From a virus, in the IMG/VR virus record IMGVR_UViG_3300020455_000006, positions 32,001 through 96,000 of that record: 64,000 nt of DNA, one strand, 5' to 3'. A model generated the notes under the pieces. The model saw only the letters and a program-made list of their open reading frames with translations, made no database searches and was not told the DNA's origin. Below, piece by piece: positions 37,158-47,100 of this stretch (the first letter of the stretch is position 1; every line of letters starts with the position of its first letter). Position numbers and translations under genes: made by a program.

Positions 37158-37325
37158 ATGGATTTTGACGTTTACTTAGACAAAAAACTGGTTTTTGATC
37201 ATCTGACTGAAGAGGAAGCGAATGAAAAACGCAATACCTTTCAAATGATGATCAAAGCAGGTGTAAAATCGTGCTATACTGAAGAACAGGTGATTGTAAA
37301 ACCTCATTTCGATGATACTATTTGA
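37158..37325 (+). CDS. Small hypothetical protein (55 aa)
   Basis: Read manually: MDFDVYLDKKLVFDHLTEEEA... Confidence 0.55.
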   Translation: MDFDVYLDKKLVFDHLTEEEANEKRNTFQMMIKAGVKSCYTEEQVIVKPHFDDTI

Positions 37326-37926
37326 TGGATGTTCATTTACCTTTGGTGATGAACTTGAAAATCCCGAAAAAGATGCTTTTCCTCACTTAGTTGCCAGAAT
37401 GGGACTAATGGATGGTGCAAAACCTCGTTTATATACAAGTATTGGTGAATGTGGTAAGAGTAATGACGGTATATTGAGAACAACCATAAATTTTTGCGAA
37501 AATAATCCAGTAACATTAGCAATTATACAATTTACCAATTTTTCACGTAGGGAAGTGATGAATTCTGGAAAAGATACCTATTTTCGGATTAATGCTGAAA
37601 ATCCTGATGAGGGATCTCTTGAATATTTCAAACATTTTCAAAATAAGAATGACGATGTTGCAAATTATCACAAAAACAAATTTTTATTAGAGAGTTATTT
37701 TAAAAAAAGAAATATAAGGTACTTTTTTCTAAATTTACAAAAAATGAAATTAGTAGAGGGATATACTCCTTCATCTTGGTACCACTTAGCAGATAAATCA
37801 CCTGTTTCCAATATGAAAACTATATTAGGTGGTAAAAGGTGGCATCCTGAGAATTATATCACTGGTCACCCTAATAAAAGGGGTCATCAATTGATTGCAC
37901 AGCACATATATGAAAATATTTTCTAA
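37312..37926 (+). CDS. SGNH-like hydrolase/acyltransferase
   Basis: DGCSFTFG, GKSNDGILR, HPNKRGH. Confidence 0.7.
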   Translation: MILFDGCSFTFGDELENPEKDAFPHLVARMGLMDGAKPRLYTSIGECGKSNDGILRTTINFCENNPVTLAIIQFTNFSRREVMNSGKDTYFRINAENPDEGSLEYFKHFQNKNDDVANYHKNKFLLESYFKKRNIRYFFLNLQKMKLVEGYTPSSWYHLADKSPVSNMKTILGGKRWHPENYITGHPNKRGHQLIAQHIYENIF

Positions 37927-38449
37927 CGGGTCATCTTTTTCTGCAGGTAGGTTCCCTGAGATTGTTGCAGAAAGAATGAATGCGAGTCTTACCAATATAT
38001 CGATGGTTGGATATAGTAATCGTTCTGTATGGAGGACAACTATTGAAGAGAGTCCCAAAAATTACGATTTAGCAATCATACAATTGACATCTTGTTCACG
38101 ACATGAGTATCATGATGAAAAAAAGTGGGTTGAGATTGGTATTGCACTCAATCACAAGAGATTGACAGAAAAGAGAAGAAAGATATGGAAATATTGGTAT
38201 GAGAACATGTATGATGAGGTTTATGGTGATTGTGAAGAGAATTTTGCTATTGAAGGAATAAGTGACTACTTTGCAAATCAAAATACACCGTGTATAATAG
38301 CGACAACGGATAAGTTCACTAAATCAAAGAAATTTGACTTGAATATCTTTGACTTGAATTTTCCAATGGATGAAACTCGACATCCTACCGAAAACGGTCA
38401 CAAAATTATTGCAGACAAGATTTATGAGATTGCTATTTCTAGGATGTAG
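37910..38449 (+). CDS. SGNH-like hydrolase/acyltransferase
   Basis: NGSSFSAG, GYSNRSVWR, HPTENGH. Confidence 0.7.
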   Translation: MKIFSNGSSFSAGRFPEIVAERMNASLTNISMVGYSNRSVWRTTIEESPKNYDLAIIQLTSCSRHEYHDEKKWVEIGIALNHKRLTEKRRKIWKYWYENMYDEVYGDCEENFAIEGISDYFANQNTPCIIATTDKFTKSKKFDLNIFDLNFPMDETRHPTENGHKIIADKIYEIAISRM

Positions 38450-39092
38450 TTGGACTGCAGGTGCAGAGTTGGAAGATGAAGAAAAAACTCGATTTAGCAC
38501 TTTATTGGGTAAAAACCTAAATGCAGAAGTCGTGAATGTTGCATCTGGTGGATCATCCAATCATAGGATTGCCAGATTTTTTTTAAAACAAGATTTAGAG
38601 TCATTTGACAAAATAATTGCACAATTGACACTTCCAAGTAGGACTGAGTGGTATGATTCTACAGGTAATTTCAATAGAGCGAAAATAAAGGCAAAAATGA
38701 ATACAAATATGAATTGGGGTAAAAAATGGTATAGAAGGCAACTTCAAAATCTAGGAAAAAAATTTAAAGGAGAGTGGGATCGAATTCTGGTTGATAAAGA
38801 GAGATATTTGGTTACAGGTAATTTACTTGATGGTAAAGAGTGGTGGATACATTATTTTGAAGAGATATATCAAGATGAGTATGGTATAACTGAAGAAATG
38901 TTGATTTTCAATCTTATAAAGAATAAATTAAAGAGATTGAAAAAAGATCATCTTATATTATCAATAAATCCCAAATGCACACTACCTATTGATTTACAAC
39001 TAAATTTAACAAAATATCCACGAGCAAAAGGTAATCATCCAAATGAAATTGGGCATTCGATGATTGCATCTGATATAATGGAGTTATTATGA
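38424..39092 (+). CDS. SGNH-like hydrolase/acyltransferase
   Basis: LGCSWTAG, GGSSNHRIAR, HPNEIGH. Confidence 0.7.
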   Translation: MRLLFLGCSWTAGAELEDEEKTRFSTLLGKNLNAEVVNVASGGSSNHRIARFFLKQDLESFDKIIAQLTLPSRTEWYDSTGNFNRAKIKAKMNTNMNWGKKWYRRQLQNLGKKFKGEWDRILVDKERYLVTGNLLDGKEWWIHYFEEIYQDEYGITEEMLIFNLIKNKLKRLKKDHLILSINPKCTLPIDLQLNLTKYPRAKGNHPNEIGHSMIASDIMELL

Positions 39093-40480
39093 TTGGTTTT
39101 AGCGAAGGTTTTCACGATTCTGCGATTGCAGTCGTAAACAAAGGCAACATACGTTTTGCAACTCATTCAGAGCGATATTCCAAGAAAAAGCATGATCGTT
39201 ACTTAGATTGCACCGCATCTTCGACTGCACAGATAATAAACATGGAAGAAGGCAATAATGACATTGCTTTTTACGAAAAACCGCTTTTAAAGAAAACAAG
39301 GCAGTTTTATGCAGGTCAATTCAATACAACCTTCAGTGAAAGGGATTTAGGACTAAAACCAACTCAATATTTCCCACATCACCTTTCTCATGCTGCTGCA
39401 GCGTTTCAGACCTCTATATTCGAGGAAGCAGCGTGTGTAGTTATTGATAGTATCGGAGAATGGGATTGTACGTCTATATGGACTGCAAAGATGGTAGAAG
39501 GCAAGGCAAAGTATAAAAAGGTGTGGTCACAGCGATATCCGAACTCCATAGGTCTTTGGTATAGTGCATTGACCAAATGGGCAGGTCTGAGACCTTTAGA
39601 TGAGGAATATATCTTTATGGGTATGGCAGCATTTGGAAAACCTGTTCATATGAATGTTGTAGAGAGATTGAGACATAGGAACTGTCATAAGGGTGTAAGG
39701 ATATCTGAACCTTACGATAAGTGCGATATTGCTAAAAGTGCCGAAAGAATACTGCAACTTGAATTGAATACTATATTTGACAAGGCAGCACAGTATAGCG
39801 ACAACATTTGCTATGGTGGAGGTGTGGCACTCAACTGTGTTTGTAATACTGATTTGAGGGAAATGTATAATATGTGGATCATGCCAAATCCTGGTGACGC
39901 AGGTGGTGCATTAGGAGCAGCATTGTTATCATATGGAGGTAAGGTAGAATTTTCTCCCTACTTAGGATATAATATACAACACTACTGTAATCCAAGGGAA
40001 ATAGTTGACTGCCTCATCGAAAAAGGAATCGCTGGTGTTGCAAATGGCCGTGCTGAGTTTGGTCCTCGTGCTCTTGGTAATCGAAGTCTATTGGCGGATC
40101 CGAGAAAAATTCAAAACAAAGATAGAGTAAATGAGATAAAGAAGAGACAGAAGTTTAGACCTTTCGCACCTGCAGTTTTGGAGGAGCATTGTCAGGACTA
40201 CTTCGACATGCCTTCCCATTCTAGATACATGTCTTATGTGTATAAGTGTAAGCAACCAAAGGCGATACCTGCCTGTATACACGTCGATAATAGTGCGAGA
40301 GTACAAACGGTGCCTGAGACATCGGAGAGCATCCTGAGACCCATACTGGAGGAGTGGTATAGAAGAACTGACTGTCCTGTGTTGTTGAATACATCACTCA
40401 ATATAAAAGGAAAACCTATGGTGAATACTTGGGAAGACGCTGAATTATTTGCTGAAAAATACGATATTGACGTGTTCTAA
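39089..40480 (+). CDS. Carbamoyltransferase (NodU/CmcH family)
   Basis: HDSA, SERY..KHD, HHLSHAA, GGVALNC, EFGPRALGNRS, RPFAP, HVDNSARVQTV, LLNTSLN. Confidence 0.9.
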   Translation: MIGFSEGFHDSAIAVVNKGNIRFATHSERYSKKKHDRYLDCTASSTAQIINMEEGNNDIAFYEKPLLKKTRQFYAGQFNTTFSERDLGLKPTQYFPHHLSHAAAAFQTSIFEEAACVVIDSIGEWDCTSIWTAKMVEGKAKYKKVWSQRYPNSIGLWYSALTKWAGLRPLDEEYIFMGMAAFGKPVHMNVVERLRHRNCHKGVRISEPYDKCDIAKSAERILQLELNTIFDKAAQYSDNICYGGGVALNCVCNTDLREMYNMWIMPNPGDAGGALGAALLSYGGKVEFSPYLGYNIQHYCNPREIVDCLIEKGIAGVANGRAEFGPRALGNRSLLADPRKIQNKDRVNEIKKRQKFRPFAPAVLEEHCQDYFDMPSHSRYMSYVYKCKQPKAIPACIHVDNSARVQTVPETSESILRPILEEWYRRTDCPVLLNTSLNIKGKPMVNTWEDAELFAEKYDIDVF

Positions 40481-40517
40481 ATAAACCAGTATAATGAATT
40501 GACAGCGATCATTTGTA

Positions 40518-41273
40518 ATGGCAAAAGGATTCAAGGTGGTTTCGTCTGCACCTAAAACAGATGAAAAGAAGGAATTTTCTATTGAGAACGCTAGACCACT
40601 TATCAAAGGGAAGAGCATAGTATTCTGTCTACCAGGTCGAGGAGTATCATACGTTTACTTGAAAAATTTTGTATCTCTCTGTTTTGAGTTAGTGCAGCAG
40701 GGTGCAAGTATACAGATATCACAAGACTATTCATCTATGGTAAACTTTGCCCGATGTAAGTGTCTAGGTGCAAACGTATTACGAGGACCTGATCAGATAC
40801 CTTGGGATGGTAAACTCAAGTATGATTATCAGTTATGGATTGATAGTGATATAGTATTTGGTATTGAGCAGTTCTATCGTCTTGTATGGATGGACAAAGA
40901 TCTTGCAGGTGGTTGGTATGTAACTGAGGATGGTCGTACAACATCATGTGCTCATTGGATGGAAGAGAACGATTTCAAAGAGAATGGTGGTGTGATGAAT
41001 CATGAGATGGTTGATGGAATTGTCAAGAGACGCAAACCTTTCACTGTTGACTATACAGGGTTTGGATGGTTACTTATTAAGAATGGTGTATTTGAAAATG
41101 AGCAAATGAAGTACCCTTGGTTCGCTCCTCAGATGCAAGTATTCGAGTCAGGAGAAGTGCAAGACATGTGTGGTGAAGATGTTTCTTTCTGTCTTGATGC
41201 GATCAAGGCGGGTTATGAAATATGGATAGATCCTAAGTGTAGAGTTGGTCATGAGAAAACTAGAATTTTATAA
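40518..41273 (+). CDS. Conserved cyanomyovirus glycosyltransferase-like (GT-A) protein
   Basis: WIDSD (DxD), GFG, GEDVSFC, VGHEK. Confidence 0.7.
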   Translation: MAKGFKVVSSAPKTDEKKEFSIENARPLIKGKSIVFCLPGRGVSYVYLKNFVSLCFELVQQGASIQISQDYSSMVNFARCKCLGANVLRGPDQIPWDGKLKYDYQLWIDSDIVFGIEQFYRLVWMDKDLAGGWYVTEDGRTTSCAHWMEENDFKENGGVMNHEMVDGIVKRRKPFTVDYTGFGWLLIKNGVFENEQMKYPWFAPQMQVFESGEVQDMCGEDVSFCLDAIKAGYEIWIDPKCRVGHEKTRIL

Positions 41274-41302
41274 ATGGTTACAAATAATGTACAAATCTAA
41301 AA

Positions 41303-41476
41303 ATGGCAGCAAAGTACGATATATACGTTGGGGATAAAAAGGTTCACTCTTCAATCCATGAAGAAGAAATGATGGACATCACGCAAACTTTTGCAGATGA
41401 CTTTTATTCGGTGGGCACACCCCATCCTGATGATGTACGAGTTGAGTATTTGGGCGATGATACAGAAGACGAGTAA
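41303..41476 (+). CDS. Small acidic hypothetical protein (57 aa)
   Basis: Read manually: MAAKYDIYVGDKKVH... Confidence 0.6.
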   Translation: MAAKYDIYVGDKKVHSSIHEEEMMDITQTFADDFYSVGTPHPDDVRVEYLGDDTEDE

Positions 41477-41524
41477 AATCCGACAGAAACCTGGCTACGG
41501 AGAGTTTATTAGTCTTTTTTTCAT

Positions 41525-41550
41525 AAGGGAGTCGAAAGACTCCCTTTTTT
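41525..41550 (+). terminator. Rho-independent terminator
   Basis: AAGGGAGTC-GAAA-GACTCCCTT followed by a T run. Confidence 0.85.
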
Positions 41551-41564
41551 ATTGCCTCTAAATA

Positions 41565-41572
41565 GATAAATA
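41565..41572 (+). promoter_or_regulatory. Late promoter GATAAATA
   Basis: Upstream of the baseplate operon. Confidence 0.7.
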
Positions 41573-41592
41573 CACGAGATCGTAGTAAAATA

Positions 41593-41997
41593 GTGCCAGT
41601 TCAAAGAACATCTAAAGGTTTCAAAGATATTTCGCTTTCATTCAAGCGTCATCCAATAACCAATGATGTGCTTCCTCTCAAAAATGAGGATGCTATCAAG
41701 AGGGCAGTTCAAAATTTGGTTAGAATACACGTAGGAGAAGTATTCTTCAATGAATTGATTGGAACAAGAGTAGAACAAGCACTTTTTGAATTAGCAAATG
41801 ATGATTTTATTGACCCAATAAAAAATGAAATCGAGACTGTGATAACAAACTATGAACCAAGAGTCTTGCTTAGAAGAGTAGTATTAAATTCTTTTCCTGA
41901 TGAAAATGCTATTGATATCAATATAAATTATGACATTGTGGGTCTATCTACTCCTACACAATCGCTAAACTTTATCTTAGAACCAACTAGGTTATAA
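41593..41997 (+). CDS. gp25: Baseplate wedge subunit gp25
   Basis: FKDISLSF..HP.TND, AIKRAVQNLV, NYEPRV. Confidence 0.9.
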   Translation: MPVQRTSKGFKDISLSFKRHPITNDVLPLKNEDAIKRAVQNLVRIHVGEVFFNELIGTRVEQALFELANDDFIDPIKNEIETVITNYEPRVLLRRVVLNSFPDENAIDININYDIVGLSTPTQSLNFILEPTRL

Positions 41998-44105
41998 TGG
42001 CACTGCAACAATACACAAACCTCAATTTTGAGGATATAAAAATTTCAATTAAGGATTACCTTAGATCAAACAGTAACTTTACTGATTTTGATTTTGAAGG
42101 TTCCAACTTATCAGTATTGATTAATCTGTTAGCATATAACACTTATATTACAGCGTTCAATACTAATATGGCAGTCAATGAGACATTCATTGACAGTGCT
42201 ACTTTGAGAGAAAATGTAGTCTCGTTGGCAAGAAATATTGGATATGTTCCTAGATCTAGAAGAGCAGCAAAAGCAAAGGTAGATTATAATATTTCAGACT
42301 TAGATAGTACAGTAACACAAATAAACTTTGTACCTGGTATTTTATCCAATGGTAGAGTATCTAACACAAGTTATATCTTCTCCTTACCAGAGCGAGTTTC
42401 AGGTACCGCAGAGAACGGAGAATCAGTTGGAACTCTAGAGATATATCAAGGTCAATATCTAGAAACTAATTTTATTGTTGATAGTGCTCAAAAAAATCAA
42501 AGATATATTCTTCCTAATGAGGGTATAGACACATCAACAATTAGAGTCAAAGTAAGAGATAATGCTGCATCCACATCAGAAACAGAATTCAAGTTAGTTG
42601 ACAATATCTTAGGTATTACATCGACATCGAACATTTATTTACTACAAGAGACAACAGATGAAAGGTATGAACTATTATTTGGTGACAATATCTTTGGAAA
42701 AAAATTGGATAGTGGAAACGTGGTCGAGATATCCTATATCCGCACTAATGGTTCTGCAGGTAATGGTGTTAGGGACTTTTCATTCTCTGGTAGACTTCTA
42801 GATCAAAATGGTGCACTTCTACAGAACTATACACCCATACTAACGGTCAATCAACCATCTGATAATGGCGATGAGATAGAATCCCTACAGAGTGTCAAAT
42901 ACTATGCTCCAAGGCGATATGCGTCGCAACACAGAGCAGTTACAGCGTCTGACTATGAAGCAATACTTCCAACTGTATATTCTAATATCGAATCAGTCAG
43001 TGCCTATGGTGGAGAAGACTTAGAACCCCCTCAGTATGGAAGAGTGTTCATTGCAGCAAAACCTAGAAATGGTAATTTCTTATCTGACTTTACTAAGAAA
43101 GAAATATTGTCATCTTTGAAAAGTTATTCTGTGGCAGGGATTGTTCCTGAATTTGTGGATCTGAAGTTCATGTATGTTGAGATTGATAGCACCATCTATT
43201 ATAACGCTAACTTTGTAGGTGATCCTGATAATCTAAGAACTCAAGTTGTATCTGCAATTACATCATTCGCAGGGGGGACAGAATTGAACAAGTTTGGTGG
43301 TAGATTCAAATATAGTAAAATATTGTCCTTAATTGACAGCGTGAATACATCCATAACATCTAACATCACAACAGTCAGAATAAGAAGAAATCTCAATGCA
43401 AAGATCAATCAATTCGCACAGTACGAACTATGTTACGATAATACGTTTTATGCTCCTAATTCTTCTTATAATATCAAATCGACAGGTTTCTCGATTTCAG
43501 GAACGGTTGGCACAGTATACTTCAGTGATGAAAAGATAGCAGATACCGATAAAGGTAACTTGGTACTTTTCCAAATTGTATCAGATGCTGATATCAAAAT
43601 TCTCTCTAAATCCTTTGGTACTATTGATTATAAGAAGGGAGAAATCATTATAGATACTGTGAATATAACATCGACTGTACAACCTAACAATATTGTTGAG
43701 GTTCAAGCAACTCCTGAATCAAATGATGTATTAGCAAGAAAAGAATTGTATTTACAGTTTGATGTTAGTATGAGTAACTTTTATATGAGGCAAGACTCTA
43801 TTGCTTCGGGTGCAAATACATCAGGTACAAGATTTGATGTACAGTCAAGTTACTCAAATGGTCAAAAAGTAAGAGGTGCTATTATATCAAGCACTACAGG
43901 ATCTAAAAAGTTAGTAGGTTACGTAGATGGACAACCATATTTCGGACCTTTCCATACTATGAATAATGGGGCGAAAATGACAGGAGCGAGTCATTCAGAT
44001 TCAAGTAAACTCATCACATCTACACCCAATATTCTATCTGATTCATCAACCTCAACTTCAACTTCGTCATCAACACCATCTAGCAGATCTGGTTCTGGGT
44101 ATTAA
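41997..44105 (+). CDS. gp6: Baseplate wedge subunit gp6
   Basis: DFDFEGSNLS.LI.LLAYN, DSATLRENVVSLAR.IGY.P, RAVTASDYE. Confidence 0.92.
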   Translation: MALQQYTNLNFEDIKISIKDYLRSNSNFTDFDFEGSNLSVLINLLAYNTYITAFNTNMAVNETFIDSATLRENVVSLARNIGYVPRSRRAAKAKVDYNISDLDSTVTQINFVPGILSNGRVSNTSYIFSLPERVSGTAENGESVGTLEIYQGQYLETNFIVDSAQKNQRYILPNEGIDTSTIRVKVRDNAASTSETEFKLVDNILGITSTSNIYLLQETTDERYELLFGDNIFGKKLDSGNVVEISYIRTNGSAGNGVRDFSFSGRLLDQNGALLQNYTPILTVNQPSDNGDEIESLQSVKYYAPRRYASQHRAVTASDYEAILPTVYSNIESVSAYGGEDLEPPQYGRVFIAAKPRNGNFLSDFTKKEILSSLKSYSVAGIVPEFVDLKFMYVEIDSTIYYNANFVGDPDNLRTQVVSAITSFAGGTELNKFGGRFKYSKILSLIDSVNTSITSNITTVRIRRNLNAKINQFAQYELCYDNTFYAPNSSYNIKSTGFSISGTVGTVYFSDEKIADTDKGNLVLFQIVSDADIKILSKSFGTIDYKKGEIIIDTVNITSTVQPNNIVEVQATPESNDVLARKELYLQFDVSMSNFYMRQDSIASGANTSGTRFDVQSSYSNGQKVRGAIISSTTGSKKLVGYVDGQPYFGPFHTMNNGAKMTGASHSDSSKLITSTPNILSDSSTSTSTSSSTPSSRSGSGY

Positions 44106-47100
44106 TGATAAACACATCAATAACTAAAGTCAAAATTCATGAGGTAGTAAGGAGCCAAATTCCTTCATCTATCCAATTAGAAAATCCAAACTTTGAAAAC
44201 TTCTTAGAGCAATACTATATTTCTCAAGAATATCAAGGGGGAACGGTTGATATTGCCGATAATATTATTGAGTATAAAAGTCTAGATTTTCTGAATAATG
44301 AAACTCTGACTGGATTCACATCTCTTACCTCACCTCTTAGTTTCGTAAGTCAAACAATATACGTAGATTCTACAAAGGGTTGGCCAGAGTCATATGGTCT
44401 ACTAAAAATTGATAATGAGATAATCACATACACAGGAATAGGTAGCACAGCATTCTTTGGATGCGTCAGAGGATTTAGTGGGATAGAAAATAATAGTAAA
44501 ACAAATCAACCAGAGAGTCTTACATTTACAAGTAGTGGTATAACAACTCATGCAGCAGATACTCGTGTCAATAATCTAAGTAATGTTTTTCTTTCCCAAT
44601 TTTTGAAGAAGATGAAAAAGCAGGTGTTACCTGGTTTTTCTGAAAGAAGACTCAATAGTGTACTAAATCAACCTAATTTTATAAGACAATCAACAGATTT
44701 CTATAAGTCAAAAGGTACAGAAGAAGCGTTCAAAATATTATTTGGTGCGTTGTATAATGAAACGGTTGAGATGATTCAACCCGCAAAATTCATGATGAGA
44801 CCATCTGATGCGGATTATATTGTCGCAGATCTTGTATTATGTGAGGTGGTAAGCGGTAATCCACTAAAGATAGAAGGTCAAACTCTTACCCAAGGCGGTG
44901 TCAGTGGTTCTATCTATCGTGTAGAGAGATCATTTGTAGGTGAAAAGGATTATTACCAAATAGGAATATCAAAAGGAACGCAGATTGGTGAGTTTCAACA
45001 AACAGCAAAAACTTTTATAACAAAGACTGTAGGTATCAATACAACGATTATTGATGTTGACAGTACAGTTAGTTTTGATAGCACTGGTAATTTGACTATT
45101 GGTGAAATAATTTTACCCTATACTTCAAAAAACTACACACAGTTTGTAGGAGTTAGCACATACTCCTCTGCAATCAGTATTGGTTCAACCGTTACACAAG
45201 GTGGGGTGGCAATATCTTATGAAGATGGTGACATCAATTCAGAGGTAAGACTCAAAATACTTGGTGTTATTAATAAATTTAATGGGTCTGCGAAAACTCA
45301 ACAAACAGGTAGTTCGATTAATGTAAGTACTTTAGGTATTGAAAATACAGAAAAAAGATTTACTACATGGATTGGAAATACTGCTGCAAGATATGAAATC
45401 AATACTATAACTCAAATATCACCAAATAATTATAGTATTGTATTATTAGGCGATCATGCTTTATATACAGGTGATACTATTGATATAATTGATCTCAGCA
45501 TTGCAGGTCAAGGAGTTATTATTCAAGGTAGTATCACAGGTACACCATTATCAGATACTATAAGAGTCAACGCTCCAAATATTGATGTCGATGGTTCATA
45601 TTTTATTAGAAGACAACTCAAAACAAAGAATGGTGAAGCAGTAGACGTACAAAATTCATATTCAAAAGGACAAGAAGTTTATGTCGCATCTAATAGTTTA
45701 CCTCACTGGCAGATAAACCCACAAAAAAGAATAAGAACTTTCTCTACAGCAGGTATAACAACTGATACAAGTCAATTTACTGTAAATGACCACAACTATA
45801 ATGATGGTGAATTAGTTTACTACACATCTGATTCCGTAAAACTTACAAATCTCCTTGAGAATCAACCATACTATGTCAAGAAGATTGATCAGAATACACT
45901 AGCACTTGCATACACCCCTGAAAACGTCCGTAGAGGGCAGTATATCACTTCGGTGGTAGGATCTGATCTATCAGGTATTACAACCCATTTCTTGACCCCT
46001 CAGTTGGTTTATAACACATCTGTAGCTGGTCAAAGAATTTTACGTAAGTTTCCTGTGCCTGAGTATAGCACAGAAAAAGAAAAGACAGAGCAGGGTGGTA
46101 TAGGTTTATTTGCTAATGGTGTTGAGATTTACTCATACAAATCTACTGATAAGGTTTATTACGGTTCTCTAAGAACTGTTGATGTTCTCAATACTGGATC
46201 TGGGTATGACGTTATCAACAGACCAAGACTCTCTGTGTCTCAGTCGGGTCATAGTGGTATAGGTGCATCAGTCGTATCACAAGTATCGGGAAGCATCACA
46301 GATGTCCTTGTAGACACACCAGGTGTTGATTATCAAGAAGATCCTAATGTAACCATTCTTGGTGGTAATAATACTTCTGCTGTATTGAGACCTAAAATGA
46401 AATTTACACCACAAGTGGTTGAATTTGATTCTACCACGACTGGTGGTGTTGTTGATACATCTCTAAACAAATTTGTATTCAAAACTCCTCATGGATTGAA
46501 ACCTGGCGAAGAGATCATATACAGTACAAATAATACAGACGCTATTGGTATTGGAACTACACCTGCTAAACTAATTGATAATGCATCATATTTTGTCAAT
46601 TACATCAATGAACATGAAATACATTTAGCAGATAATAATTCTGACGCATTATTAGGGACTGGTGTAATTCCTATATCTGGTAGTGGTGCTGGTACACATC
46701 AATTCAAAACATTCATTTTTAGAAAAAAAGTAGATAAAATTCTTGTTGAGAATAATAGTGTATTCCATAACAGATTGGTTTCTACAATTTCAGGAATCAA
46801 CACATATACAGATACAATCCATATTGATAATCATGGTTTTGAATCTGGTGAGATTGTAAAATACACACAAGGTGCAGGTGCGATTGGTGGGATGACAAAT
46901 GAGAAAGAATACTTTATAATTAAACTAACAGATAACTCATTCAGAGTATCGATATCAACCAGTTTATTAGATTATGTCAATCTTACATCTACAGGTAGCG
47001 GAGGACAAACTTTTCAGGATCCTCCTATTAACATTAGAATTGAAGGAAGACAAGGAATTACAACTGCCAACGCAACCGCTACACCCGTCATTAGGGGAAG

